A DNA stretch of 32,000 nt from Mycolicibacterium smegmatis (lineage in GTDB: Bacteria; Actinomycetota; Actinomycetes; Mycobacteriales; Mycobacteriaceae), in NCBI RefSeq assembly GCF_001457595.1, contig NZ_LN831039.1:5370001-5402000 (forward strand), read 5' to 3'. Under the pieces are notes generated by a model. That model saw nothing but the letters and a program-made list of their open reading frames with translations. It searched no databases and had not been told where the DNA came from. Shown one piece after another: positions 10,023 through 18,737 of the stretch. How positions within the stretch are numbered: position 1 is the stretch's first letter; each line of letters opens with the position of its first letter. The position numbers were made by a program, and so were the translations under genes.

Positions 10023-11753
10023 GTGACGGGCACCAAGACCACCGAGGACGTCGACAGATCCGGCGGCGAACCGCACGCCGCGCGGGCCGCGGGGCACCAC
10101 GAAGCTCCGGACAAGCCCGCATGGTGGGTTCGCCACTACACGTTCTTCGGTACCGCGACGGGTCTGGTGTTCATCTGGCTGTCGCTCACCCCGTCGCTGC
10201 TGCCGCGCGGCCCGCTGTTCCAGGGGCTCGTGAGCGGCGGCGCCGGGGCGATCGGCTACGGCCTCGGTGTTTTCGGCGTCTGGCTGGTGCGCTACATGTG
10301 CTCGGCCGATTCGAGCCCCAAGGCGCCGCGGTGGGCCTGGGTCGCACTCGTCGTGGTCGGGATCGTCGGGCAGATCCTGATGATTGTCTATTTTCACGTG
10401 TGGCAGGACGAGATCCGCGACTTCATGGGCGTACCCCGCCTGAAGTTCTGGGACCACCCGCTCACCGCGGTCCTGTCCATCGTGGTGCTCTACGTCCTGG
10501 TCGAGATCGGCCAGTTGATCGGCAAACTCGTGCGCTTCCTGGTGCGTCAGCTCGATCGTGTTGCCCCGCCCCGGGTTTCGGCGGTGGTCGTGGTGGCGCT
10601 GCTGCTCGCGTTGAGCATCGCGCTGCTCAACGGCGTGGTGGCGCGGTTCGCGATGTCCACCATCAACAAGACGTTCGCGGCCGTGAACGACGAGGACAGC
10701 CCCGACTTCTCCGCGCCGACGTCACCGCTGCGCTCGGGCGGGCCCGGATCGCTTGCCAGCTGGGAGTCGCTGGGCCATCAGGGACGCGTGTTCGTCGCGA
10801 GTGCCCCTACGGTGCAACAGCTCTCGGAGTTCAACGGCGCACCGGCCGTCGAACCGATCCGCGCCTACGCGGGTCTGCACTCCGCCGACGGCATCAAGGC
10901 CACCGCTGCACTCGCGGCGCGCGAACTGGAACGCACGGGCGGCCTGGACCGCGCGGTGGTCGCGGTCGCCACCACCACCGGCACCGGGTGGATCAACAAC
11001 GCCGAAGCCACTGCGCTGGAATACATGTACAACGGCGACACCGCGATCGTGTCGATGCAGTACTCGTATCTGCCGAGCTGGTTGTCGTTCCTCGTGGACA
11101 AGGAGAATGCGCGGCAGGCCGGGCAGGCACTGTTCGAGGCGGTGGACGAACTGATCCGCGAACGCCCCGAGGCCGACCGGCCCAAGCTCGTGGTGTTCGG
11201 CGAGAGCCTCGGTTCGTTCGGCGGTGAGGCGCCGTTCCTGGCGCTCAACAACCTGATCGCCCGCACCGACGGCGCGCTGTTCTCCGGGCCCACGTTCAAC
11301 AACACGATCTGGGCCGACCTCACGCGCAACCGCGATCCCGGGTCGCCGGAATGGCTGCCGATCTACGACAAGGGTGAGAACGTCCGGTTCGTCGCCGAGG
11401 CAGGCGATCTCGGCCGCCCCGAGGACCCGTGGTCCACACCTCGTGTGGTGTACCTGCAGCATGCATCCGATCCGATCGCGTGGTGGAACACCGATCTGCT
11501 GTTCTCCAAACCGGACTGGTTGCGCGAGCCGCGCGGGTACGACGTGTCCCCGCACACCGAGTGGATACCCGTGGTGACGTTCCTGCAGGTGTCCGCCGAC
11601 ATGGCCGTGGCGGTGGACGTCCCCGACGGGCACGGGCACGTCTACGTCAAGAACGTGGCCGACGCGTGGGCGGCGATCATGCGGCCGCCGGGCTGGACCC
11701 CGGAGAAGACCGAGAGGCTGCGCCCGCTGCTCACCAACAACGAGAGCGCCTGA
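10023..11753 (+). CDS. Alpha/beta-hydrolase family membrane protein (Rv1069c-like)
   Basis: VTGTKTTEDVDRSGG... several TM segments, then C-terminal LVVFGESLGSFGGEAPFLALNNL (GxSxG-like) and YLQHASDPIAWWNTDLLFSKPDWL. Confidence 0.82.
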   Translation: MTGTKTTEDVDRSGGEPHAARAAGHHEAPDKPAWWVRHYTFFGTATGLVFIWLSLTPSLLPRGPLFQGLVSGGAGAIGYGLGVFGVWLVRYMCSADSSPKAPRWAWVALVVVGIVGQILMIVYFHVWQDEIRDFMGVPRLKFWDHPLTAVLSIVVLYVLVEIGQLIGKLVRFLVRQLDRVAPPRVSAVVVVALLLALSIALLNGVVARFAMSTINKTFAAVNDEDSPDFSAPTSPLRSGGPGSLASWESLGHQGRVFVASAPTVQQLSEFNGAPAVEPIRAYAGLHSADGIKATAALAARELERTGGLDRAVVAVATTTGTGWINNAEATALEYMYNGDTAIVSMQYSYLPSWLSFLVDKENARQAGQALFEAVDELIRERPEADRPKLVVFGESLGSFGGEAPFLALNNLIARTDGALFSGPTFNNTIWADLTRNRDPGSPEWLPIYDKGENVRFVAEAGDLGRPEDPWSTPRVVYLQHASDPIAWWNTDLLFSKPDWLREPRGYDVSPHTEWIPVVTFLQVSADMAVAVDVPDGHGHVYVKNVADAWAAIMRPPGWTPEKTERLRPLLTNNESA

Positions 11754-11763
11754 GCCGCAAAGC

Positions 11764-12132
11764 TCAGACCTGACCGGCCGCGACCAGCGCGTGGTAGCCG
11801 CCGATGACGTCGGTGGCCCGGTGCAGCCCCAGGTCGAGCAGTGCGGCCGCGGCCAGGCTCGACGTGTAGCCCTCCGAGCACAGGATAACCCAGTACACGT
11901 CGTCGTCGACGGCCTGCGGGATCTTCGCCTCGCTCGTGGGATCGCAGCGCCACTCCAGCACGTTGCGTTCGATCACGAGCGCGCCGGGCACCTCACCCTC
12001 GTGCGCGCGCTGCGCGGCCGGGCGGATGTCGACCAGCACCGCGCCGTTGTCCAGCGCCGCCGGCAGGTCCTCAGCGGCAAGCCGGACGAGCCGCGCGCGG
12101 GCGGCTTCGAGGATCGTGTCGATGCGGCTCAT
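11764..12132 (-). CDS. Rhodanese-like domain protein (Rv1066-like)
   Basis: GAVLVDIRPAAQRAHEGEVPGALVIERNVLEW...YWVILCSEGYTSSLAAAALLDLGLHRATDVIGGYHALVAAG; rhodanese active-site loop CSEGYTS. Confidence 0.88.
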   Translation of the reverse strand: MSRIDTILEAARARLVRLAAEDLPAALDNGAVLVDIRPAAQRAHEGEVPGALVIERNVLEWRCDPTSEAKIPQAVDDDVYWVILCSEGYTSSLAAAALLDLGLHRATDVIGGYHALVAAGQV

Positions 12133-12133
12133 G

Positions 12134-12682
12134 TCAGCCCTCCGGCGCGTCGGTCAGCTCGGTGCGGCTGCGGCGCAGTGTGTTCTGTTGCGTCACTTCG
12201 TAGTACGACATCGCGGTGAGCGGGGGCGAGTACGCGTGCACGCTCAGGGTGGGGCCGATCACGGGCCCGGGGGCCCGCACGACGTCGTGGACCCAGCCGA
12301 GCGGGAACGCGGCCTGGCTGCCCGCCGACAGCCGCCGGTGCCGCAGCGCCTCACCGTCCCAGCGGGTTTCGGTCAGCGCACCCGACACCACGGTGAGCGC
12401 ACCGAGCGAACCCCCGTGATCGTGCAGTTCGGTCGAGCGGTCGGGAACCCAGCTGATCAGCCACACGTCGAGTTCGTCGTTGCCGTCCAGGCGCGTGTAC
12501 CAGCGCTCGTCTTCGGGCAGGTCGCGCAGCAGCCGGTCGTAACGGCCGGACAGCACGGCATCCGCGGCGCGGTCGGTGGTGTTCAGCAGGTCGGGTAGCC
12601 GCAGCCGGGTGGGAGCCGAGACGGCGGGGACGGTCGCGGACGTGCCGAGGGCAGCAGAACCGGAAGAAACGGTGGTGAGCAT
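12134..12682 (-). CDS. Cysteine dioxygenase family (cupin) protein (Rv1065-like)
   Basis: WLISWVPDRSTELHDHGGSLGALTVVSGALTETRW (HxHxxxxE-type metal centre, HDHGGSLGAL), FPLGWVHDVVRAPGPVIGPTLSVHAYSPPLTAMSYYEV. Good SD GGAG 8 nt upstream. Confidence 0.87.
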   Translation of the reverse strand: MLTTVSSGSAALGTSATVPAVSAPTRLRLPDLLNTTDRAADAVLSGRYDRLLRDLPEDERWYTRLDGNDELDVWLISWVPDRSTELHDHGGSLGALTVVSGALTETRWDGEALRHRRLSAGSQAAFPLGWVHDVVRAPGPVIGPTLSVHAYSPPLTAMSYYEVTQQNTLRRSRTELTDAPEG

Positions 12683-12733
12683 GAAGAGAACTCCGGGAAA
12701 TGAAAGTCGGATGGAAGAAACGGGTGCGCGGCT

Positions 12734-12778
12734 CTACTGAGCCCGACAACACCCTTTGATCCCGGTCCGTGCCTTCAT
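12734..12778 (-). CDS. Cys-Cys upstream small ORF (MKARTGIKGCCRAQ*), candidate cysteine-sensing leader peptide
   Basis: ATG AAG GCA CGG ACC GGG ATC AAA GGG TGT TGT CGG GCT CAG TAG on the minus strand, ending 51 nt before the cysteine dioxygenase start codon. Confidence 0.6.
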   Translation of the reverse strand: MKARTGIKGCCRAQ

Positions 12779-12794
12779 GGCCGCCAGTGTTGCA

Positions 12795-12800
12795 TAGATT
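12795..12800 (+). promoter_or_regulatory. Candidate -10 element (TAGATT) for a leaderless lipoprotein transcript
   Basis: TAGATT-GGCCTC-ATG; 6-nt spacer to ATG at 12807; no Shine-Dalgarno upstream of that ATG. Confidence 0.6.
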
Positions 12801-12806
12801 GGCCTC

Positions 12807-13277
12807 ATGCGCAGTTACCCGTGGGCCCGCAAGACTGCCGCCGGATTCGCGGCGGCCGCCGGTCTGAGCCTGCTGACGGCATGCGGCTCGGACACCGGCA
12901 AGAACACCGAGGAAGGCCAACCGGCCGAATCCTCCTCCGTTTCCGCACCCGCCTCCACGAGCGCCGAGGCGGCACCGCCGACCGTCGCGCCGGGTGAGGT
13001 GGGGGTGTCGCCGGGCGGGGTCACGACGGCCGTGGGCGCGCCCGCGCAGTCCACTGAAGAGGAGTATTTCCAGGCCTGTCACGCCGCCAAGGTGTGGATG
13101 GACGAAAAGGGCGGCGACCCCAGGGCGCAGATCGAGCCGTATCTGGCGAGCCTGCAGGCGCCCGATGCCGCACCCGGTCCCGGGACCTACGACAAGACGT
13201 GGGCCGAGCTCGAACCGGCCCGCCAGGCCGCGGTCATCGTGGCCGTGGCTGCCGCGGCCGACGACATGTGCGGCTAG
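12807..13277 (+). CDS. lpqV: Small lipoprotein (LpqV-like)
   Basis: MRSYPWARKTAAGFAAAAGLSLLTACGSD: lipobox L-T-A-C; ...EEYFQACHAAKVWMDEKGGDPRAQIEPYLASLQ; syntenic with Rv1064c. Confidence 0.78.
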   Translation: MRSYPWARKTAAGFAAAAGLSLLTACGSDTGKNTEEGQPAESSSVSAPASTSAEAAPPTVAPGEVGVSPGGVTTAVGAPAQSTEEEYFQACHAAKVWMDEKGGDPRAQIEPYLASLQAPDAAPGPGTYDKTWAELEPARQAAVIVAVAAAADDMCG

Positions 13278-13293
13278 TTCGGATCACTTCGAA

Positions 13294-13938
13294 TCACGCT
13301 GTGTCAAATCCGGTCCGGATCTGGCCGGCCGCGCCGATGTCGCCGTCGATGTAGCGCTGTAGCGTCGGGCCGACGGCGTCGAGGACCTCGTCCTCACGCA
13401 TCGACGCGACCGGTTCGATGCGCCAGACATACCGCATGAGCGCGAACCCGATGGTCTGTGACGCGACCAGACCGGCCCTGGTGCGGCGCACGCGCTCGTC
13501 GTCGCCCATGGTCGCGATCACACCGATCAGGCTGCGCTCGACGACCTTCCGCAGCTTCTCGTGCGTGGTGGGCTCGTGCGCGGCGGTCTGCAGGATCGCG
13601 CGCAGCACCGGGCCCACCTCGTCGTCGGCCCAGCTGTCGAGCAGCAGGCGCAGCACGGCACGGCCGGTGTCGCCGACCGGTGCCTGCCACGTGGCGACCA
13701 CGGCGTCGAGCCACTTCTGCGGCGGGTCGGTGGCGGCGTCGAGCAGGCCCTCCTTGGAGCCGTAGTAGTGGTAGACCAGCGCCGGGTCCACGTCCGCGGC
13801 GCGGGCCACGGCCCGGATGGTGGTGCCGGCCCACCCGCTTTCGGCGAACGTCTCGCGCGCGGCGGCGAGGATGCGCGCTGCCAGGACGCCCCGATCGTCG
13901 CGCGGTCCGGGGGTCGCGCGCGCTGAACGTTTCACCAT
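13294..13938 (-). CDS. TetR family transcriptional regulator
   Basis: ILAAARETFAESGWAGTTIRAVARAADVDPALVYHYYGSKEGLLDAAT. Start at 13938 (MVKRSARAT) preferred because the 13974 start lies inside an operator palindrome. Confidence 0.88.
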   Translation of the reverse strand: MVKRSARATPGPRDDRGVLAARILAAARETFAESGWAGTTIRAVARAADVDPALVYHYYGSKEGLLDAATDPPQKWLDAVVATWQAPVGDTGRAVLRLLLDSWADDEVGPVLRAILQTAAHEPTTHEKLRKVVERSLIGVIATMGDDERVRRTRAGLVASQTIGFALMRYVWRIEPVASMREDEVLDAVGPTLQRYIDGDIGAAGQIRTGFDTA

Positions 13939-13959
13939 GCCGAGAATTTCTCCTTGCGT

Positions 13960-13995
13960 TGAAACTAGTTTCATCGTACCGTGAAATTAGTCTCA
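13960..13995. promoter_or_regulatory. Tandem palindromic operator sites in the divergent tetR/hydrolase intergenic region
   Basis: TGAAACTAGTTTCA (13960-13973, perfect 14-bp palindrome) and TGAAATTAGTCTCA (13982-13995, two differences), 22 bp apart. Confidence 0.75.
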
Positions 13996-14022
13996 ACGAT
14001 GCGTGAAAATATTGGAGATCCC

Positions 14023-15726
14023 ATGCCCACGAACACTGACGTGGCCGCGCTCGACCGCCCATGGCGGCGACCGGGTGCGGCGCGCTACGCGTTGTCCCGG
14101 TTGCGCGGGTTCGTCCGCACGCCGGTCGAGGTCTATGAACCCGAACCCGGGAGCGTGACCGTGCGGCACGACGTGCCGGTGACGACGCGTGACGGCACGG
14201 TGCTGCGTGTGAACGTCCACCTGCCCGCGGGCGAGAACCCGGTGCCCGTGCTGCTGTGTGCGCATCCGTACGGCAAGGACAAGGTGCCGGTGCGCAAGAA
14301 GCGGGGCCGCGGATATGCGCTGCCGTTCCAGTACCGCGTGCTGCGTCAGCCCGCGCGTGTGCGGTTTTCGTCGCTGACCACGTGGGAGGCCCCCGACCCG
14401 GCATGGTGGACGAAACAGGGCTTCGCCGTGGTGAATTGCGATCTGCGGGGCGCAGGCACATCCGGCGGCGTGGGATCACCGCTGTCGGACCAGGAGGGTG
14501 AGGACGTCTACGACCTCGTCGAGTGGGCTGCGGCGCAACCGTGGAGCACGGGCGCGGTCGGCATGATCGGCGTGTCCTATCTGGCGATCTCGCAGTGGAA
14601 GTCCGCGGCGCTGCGTCCACCGCATCTGCGGGCCATCGTGCCGTGGGAGGGCATGACCGACCCCTACCGCGACCTGCTGCACCCCGGTGGCATCGCCGAA
14701 ACCGGGTTCATCAAGCTGTGGAGCCGCAGCCTGCGGGACACCCGGTTGAAATACGACCTGGGCAAGGAGAATTCGTCGCGCCCCCGTTACGACGACTGGT
14801 GGCGTTCACTGGTCCCCGCCCTCGACCGCATCGAGGTGCCCGCACTGATCTGCGGAAGCTTCTCCGACAACAACCTGCACACCCGCGGGTCCGTCCGCGG
14901 CTTCGAGCAGATCGGTTCTGCCGAACGTCACCTCTACACCCACCGCGGCGGCAAGTGGGCGGCGTTCTACTCCGACGACGCGCTGCGGACCCAGCTGGCG
15001 TTCCTGGTTCGGCATCTGCGCGGCGGCACCGCGCAGGAACTACCGCGCGTGCGTCTCGAGGTGCGGGAAAGTCGCGATCGCGTCGTCGCGGTGCGCGACG
15101 AGGCGCAGTGGCCGCTCCCCTCGACCCGGTGGACGCCGCTGTACCTGCACGACGCAGGCCTGCGGGCCGCACCGCCGGACGCCGCCGGATCGATCTCGTT
15201 CGACACCCGCAGGGCCGCAGCGCGTTTCGGCTGGACGCTACCCGAGGACACCGAACTCACCGGCCCCATGGCGCTCCGCCTGTACCTCTCGGCCGACACC
15301 GACGATGTCGACCTGTTCGTGGGCGTCGAGAAGTGGGACGGCGCGCGCTACGTCCCGTTCGAGGGGTCCTACGGCTTCGGCCGTGACCGCGTCACCACGG
15401 GGTGGCTGCGCGCGTCGATGCGTGCGCTCGACGAGTCGCGGTCCCGTCCGTTCGAGCCCGTGCCCACCTTCACCGACCCACGGCCGCTACGGCCGGGAGA
15501 GGTTGTGCCGGTGGACATCCCGCTCGGCCCGTCGTCGACGTTGTTCCGTGCCGGCGAACAGTTGCGGCTGGTGGTGGCGGGCCGCTGGCTGTGGCCGCGC
15601 AACCCGCTGACGGGCCAGTTCCCCGCCGCCTACGAGCGGCGCTCGCGCGGCACAGCCACGCTGCACTGGGGCCCGGACCGTCAGGCACGCCTGCTGGTTC
15701 CCGTCGTCGGTGACGCACCTCGGTGA
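14023..15726 (+). CDS. CocE/NonD family hydrolase (X-Pro dipeptidyl-peptidase-like)
   Basis: TTRDGTVLRVNVHLPAGENPVPVLLCAHPYGKD...VNCDLRGAGTSGG...TGAVGMIGVSYLAISQWKSAAL (GxSxxx), jelly-roll-like C-terminus. ATG 14023 chosen over the GTG at 13981. Confidence 0.87.
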   Translation: MPTNTDVAALDRPWRRPGAARYALSRLRGFVRTPVEVYEPEPGSVTVRHDVPVTTRDGTVLRVNVHLPAGENPVPVLLCAHPYGKDKVPVRKKRGRGYALPFQYRVLRQPARVRFSSLTTWEAPDPAWWTKQGFAVVNCDLRGAGTSGGVGSPLSDQEGEDVYDLVEWAAAQPWSTGAVGMIGVSYLAISQWKSAALRPPHLRAIVPWEGMTDPYRDLLHPGGIAETGFIKLWSRSLRDTRLKYDLGKENSSRPRYDDWWRSLVPALDRIEVPALICGSFSDNNLHTRGSVRGFEQIGSAERHLYTHRGGKWAAFYSDDALRTQLAFLVRHLRGGTAQELPRVRLEVRESRDRVVAVRDEAQWPLPSTRWTPLYLHDAGLRAAPPDAAGSISFDTRRAAARFGWTLPEDTELTGPMALRLYLSADTDDVDLFVGVEKWDGARYVPFEGSYGFGRDRVTTGWLRASMRALDESRSRPFEPVPTFTDPRPLRPGEVVPVDIPLGPSSTLFRAGEQLRLVVAGRWLWPRNPLTGQFPAAYERRSRGTATLHWGPDRQARLLVPVVGDAPR

Positions 15727-16745
15727 CGCACAATGAGAGCATGCGCGTCGCCTTGGCTCTCGGTAGTGGCAGCGCCCGCGGCTATGCCCACATCGGGGTC
15801 ATCAACGAATTGCGCGCCCGCGGCTACGAGATCGTCGGGATCTCCGGGTCGTCGATGGGTGCGCTGGTCGGCGGGCTGTACGCGGCGGGCAAGCTCGACG
15901 AGTTCGCCGAGTGGGCCTGCACGCTCACCCAGCGTGCGGTGCTGCGACTGCTGGACCCGTCGCTGTCGGCCGCGGGGATCCTGCGGGCCGAGAAGATCCT
16001 CGACGCGGTGCGCGACATCCTCGGAGACGTCACCATCGAGGAGTTGCCCATCCCCTACACCGCGGTCGCGACCGATCTGATCACCGGTAAGGCGGTGTGG
16101 CTGCAACGCGGTCGCGTGGACACCGCGATCCGCGCCTCGATCGCGATCCCCGGGGTGATCGCACCGCACGTGCACGACGGCAGGCTGCTCGGCGACGGCG
16201 GCATCCTCGACCCCCTTCCGATGGCGCCGATCGCGTCCGTCAACGCCGATCTGACCATCGCGGTCAGCGTCTCGGGCAGTGAGACTCCGCCGGAGACGGC
16301 GTCGGAAGCCCACTCCGAGCCCGCCGAGGGCGGCGGAACCAAGCCCACCACCGAATGGCTCAACCGCATGATGCGCAGCACGTCGGCGGTGCTCGACACC
16401 GCCGCGGTGCGCAGCGTGCTCGACCGGCCGACCTCACGCGCCGTGCTCAGCAGGTTCGGGGTGTCGGTCACCGAATCCGACGACGGCACCGACGCGTCAG
16501 AGGACGCAACGGTTCCGGAGTCGTCCGCCGAACCCGCGGGGGTCCCCCGGCTCGGCAGTTTCGAGGTCATGTACCGCACGATCGACATCGCGCAGGCCGC
16601 GCTGGCGCGGCACACCCTCGCGGCCTATCCGCCGGATCTGCTGATCGAGGTGCCGCGCACGGTGTGCCGCAGCCTGGAGTTCAACCGTGCGGCCGAGGTG
16701 ATCGAGACGGGCCGGCGGCTGGCGGCCGAGGCGCTCGACAGCTAG
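15723..16745 (+). CDS. Patatin-like phospholipase family protein (Rv1063c-like); start at 15723 or 15741
   Basis: MRVALALGSGSARGYAHIGVINELRARGYEIVGISGSSMGALVGGLYAAGKLDEF; DGG(I/L) motif (GDGGILDPLPM). Confidence 0.87.
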   Translation: MTHNESMRVALALGSGSARGYAHIGVINELRARGYEIVGISGSSMGALVGGLYAAGKLDEFAEWACTLTQRAVLRLLDPSLSAAGILRAEKILDAVRDILGDVTIEELPIPYTAVATDLITGKAVWLQRGRVDTAIRASIAIPGVIAPHVHDGRLLGDGGILDPLPMAPIASVNADLTIAVSVSGSETPPETASEAHSEPAEGGGTKPTTEWLNRMMRSTSAVLDTAAVRSVLDRPTSRAVLSRFGVSVTESDDGTDASEDATVPESSAEPAGVPRLGSFEVMYRTIDIAQAALARHTLAAYPPDLLIEVPRTVCRSLEFNRAAEVIETGRRLAAEALDS

Positions 16746-17618
16746 TCAGACCGCGAGTTCTTCCAGGAACTCCGCGATCTCGCGGGCCTCGCGGCGCCCT
16801 TGTGCGCGTCCGGCCCTGGCCGACGGGATCCGGCATGCCGGGTCGAGCGGATTGGAACCGAACGCGTCGAGCGAGTCGTCGTCGGCGTAGATGCTCAGCG
16901 CGGCCCCGGGGAATTCGGAGATTTCCTCGGCGATGCCGCCGGGATCGAACGGCGACGGTGCCGACTGCCCCGCCGGGATGAACACCACCGCGGTCTGGCA
17001 GTCGACCGCCAGCTCGAGGTTGATGCTGCTGCTCACGCCGCCGTCGATGTAGCGGCGGTCCCCGATCGTGACGGGCGGCCACGCCCCGGGCACGGCACAA
17101 CTCGCGGCCACCGCGTCGACCAGGTCGACGCCGGAGTGCCGGTCGAACCCGACGAGTTCACCGGTCGCGATGTCGATGGCCGCGATCCGGAGGATTCGCT
17201 CCTGTGGCCACTCGTGCGACGGCAGGCGCGCGGCGATCACCTCGCGTCGCACCGATTCGGGCACGGTCTGTGTCTGCGCCGCGATTTCTCCGATGCGCCG
17301 CAGCTTCTGGGCCTTGGTGGTGCCCGGGGTGAGCATGGCGTCGACGAACAGTTCGCTGATCGTGCCGATGCCGGCCGTCGGCGCGAGTTCGGCCGACGCG
17401 TCGCCCACCTGGCGCTCGTACAACTCGTCCAGGCTCAGTCCGCTGCTCAACTGCGCGGCCACCGTCGAGCCTGCCGAGGTGCCCACCAGCACGTCACTGC
17501 CGAGCAGGGCCTGGGCCGTCTCCGGCGATTCGTCGGCGATGCCGCGCAGAATTCCGGTCTCCCAGGCAATTCCCGCTATACCGCCGCCGGCGAGTACGAG
17601 TGCACGTTTCGAATCCAC
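16746..17618 (-). CDS. Patatin-like phospholipase family protein (Rv1062-like)
   Basis: VDSKRALVLAGGGIAGIAWETGILRGI...DVLVGTSAGSTVAAQL...YIDGGVSSSINLELA; GTG start at 17618. Confidence 0.86.
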   Translation of the reverse strand: MDSKRALVLAGGGIAGIAWETGILRGIADESPETAQALLGSDVLVGTSAGSTVAAQLSSGLSLDELYERQVGDASAELAPTAGIGTISELFVDAMLTPGTTKAQKLRRIGEIAAQTQTVPESVRREVIAARLPSHEWPQERILRIAAIDIATGELVGFDRHSGVDLVDAVAASCAVPGAWPPVTIGDRRYIDGGVSSSINLELAVDCQTAVVFIPAGQSAPSPFDPGGIAEEISEFPGAALSIYADDDSLDAFGSNPLDPACRIPSARAGRAQGRREAREIAEFLEELAV

Positions 17619-17693
17619 GTTGATCCAGTGTGCCAGGACTACCCTCGGTTCTGAGCCCGCGCCGGTGTCCTGCGCGGAGACGAAGGGATTGCC

Positions 17694-18737
17694 ATGACCG
17701 CAACGATGCGTGCCGAACGCTTCTATGCCGACACCAAAAAAGTTGTCGTGGAGGATGTTCCGGTCCCCGAGCCCGGTCATGGCGAGGTCCTGGTGAAGGT
17801 CGAGTTCTGCGGCATCTGCCATTCGGATCTGAGCCTGATCAACGGCACCTTCCCGGCGCAAGTCCCCGTGGTGACGCAGGGGCACGAGGCCTCGGGCGTC
17901 ATCGCGAAGCTCGGGCCGGGGGTCACCGGATGGTCCGAGGGCGACCGCGTGATCGTGGCGGCAGGCAGGCCGTGCATGAGCTGCCCCAACTGCCTGCGCG
18001 GCGACATCGGCAACTGCCTGCGCATCCAGTTGATGGCGTTCGCCTACGACGGCGCGTGGGCCGAGTACACCGTCGCGCAGGCCGTGGGCCTCACCCGGGT
18101 GCCCGACAACGTGCCGCTGGAGCAGGCCGCGATCCTCGCCGACGCGGTGTCGACGCCGTACGGCGCGGTGGTGCGCACCGGCAAGGTCGGCATCGGTGAG
18201 TCCGTGGGCGTGTGGGGCGTCGGCGGCGTCGGTACGCACATCGTGCAGTTGTCGCGTCTGGTGGGGGCCGCGCCCGTGATCGCCGTCGACATCAAACCCG
18301 AGGTGCTCGAGCGGGCGCTCGCCGTGGGCGCCGACTACGCGTTCGACGCGCGCGACGAGGATCTCGCCGACAAGATCGCGGGCGTGACGGGTGGGCGCGG
18401 TCTGGACGTCGCGTTCGACGCGGTGGGTCTGGCGTCGACGTTCGAGCAGGCACTGGACCGTCTCACGGTCGGCGGGCGCCTGGTCGCGGTCGGGATGAGC
18501 GCCGAGTCCCCCACCGTGGGTCCGACGTCGATGTTCGGGCTCACCCAGAAACAGGTGCTCGGTCACCTCGGTTACCAGAACGTCGACATCGCGACCCTGG
18601 CCACGCTGGTCTCGCTCGGTCGTCTGGATCTGTCGCGGTCGATCAGCGAGATCGTGTCGCTGGAGGACATCGCGGCAGGTATCGACAAGCTCGAACGCCA
18701 GGAGGGCAGCCCCATCCGGATCCTGGTGCGCCCCTAG
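17694..18737 (+). CDS. Zinc-dependent alcohol dehydrogenase
   Basis: KVEFCGICHSDLSLINGTFP...GHEASGVIAKLG...GRPCMSCPNCLRGDIGNCLR...VGVWGVGGVGTHIVQLSRLVGA. Confidence 0.92.
   Translation: MTATMRAERFYADTKKVVVEDVPVPEPGHGEVLVKVEFCGICHSDLSLINGTFPAQVPVVTQGHEASGVIAKLGPGVTGWSEGDRVIVAAGRPCMSCPNCLRGDIGNCLRIQLMAFAYDGAWAEYTVAQAVGLTRVPDNVPLEQAAILADAVSTPYGAVVRTGKVGIGESVGVWGVGGVGTHIVQLSRLVGAAPVIAVDIKPEVLERALAVGADYAFDARDEDLADKIAGVTGGRGLDVAFDAVGLASTFEQALDRLTVGGRLVAVGMSAESPTVGPTSMFGLTQKQVLGHLGYQNVDIATLATLVSLGRLDLSRSISEIVSLEDIAAGIDKLERQEGSPIRILVRP

Noticed and set aside
13960-13973. TGAAACTAGTTTCA as a second KstR box
   Set aside because: It formally fits TNNAACNNGTTNNA, but it lacks the TAGAAC half-site, has a tandem degenerate copy and sits next to its own TetR gene, so a local TetR operator is more likely. 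KstR binding is not excluded.
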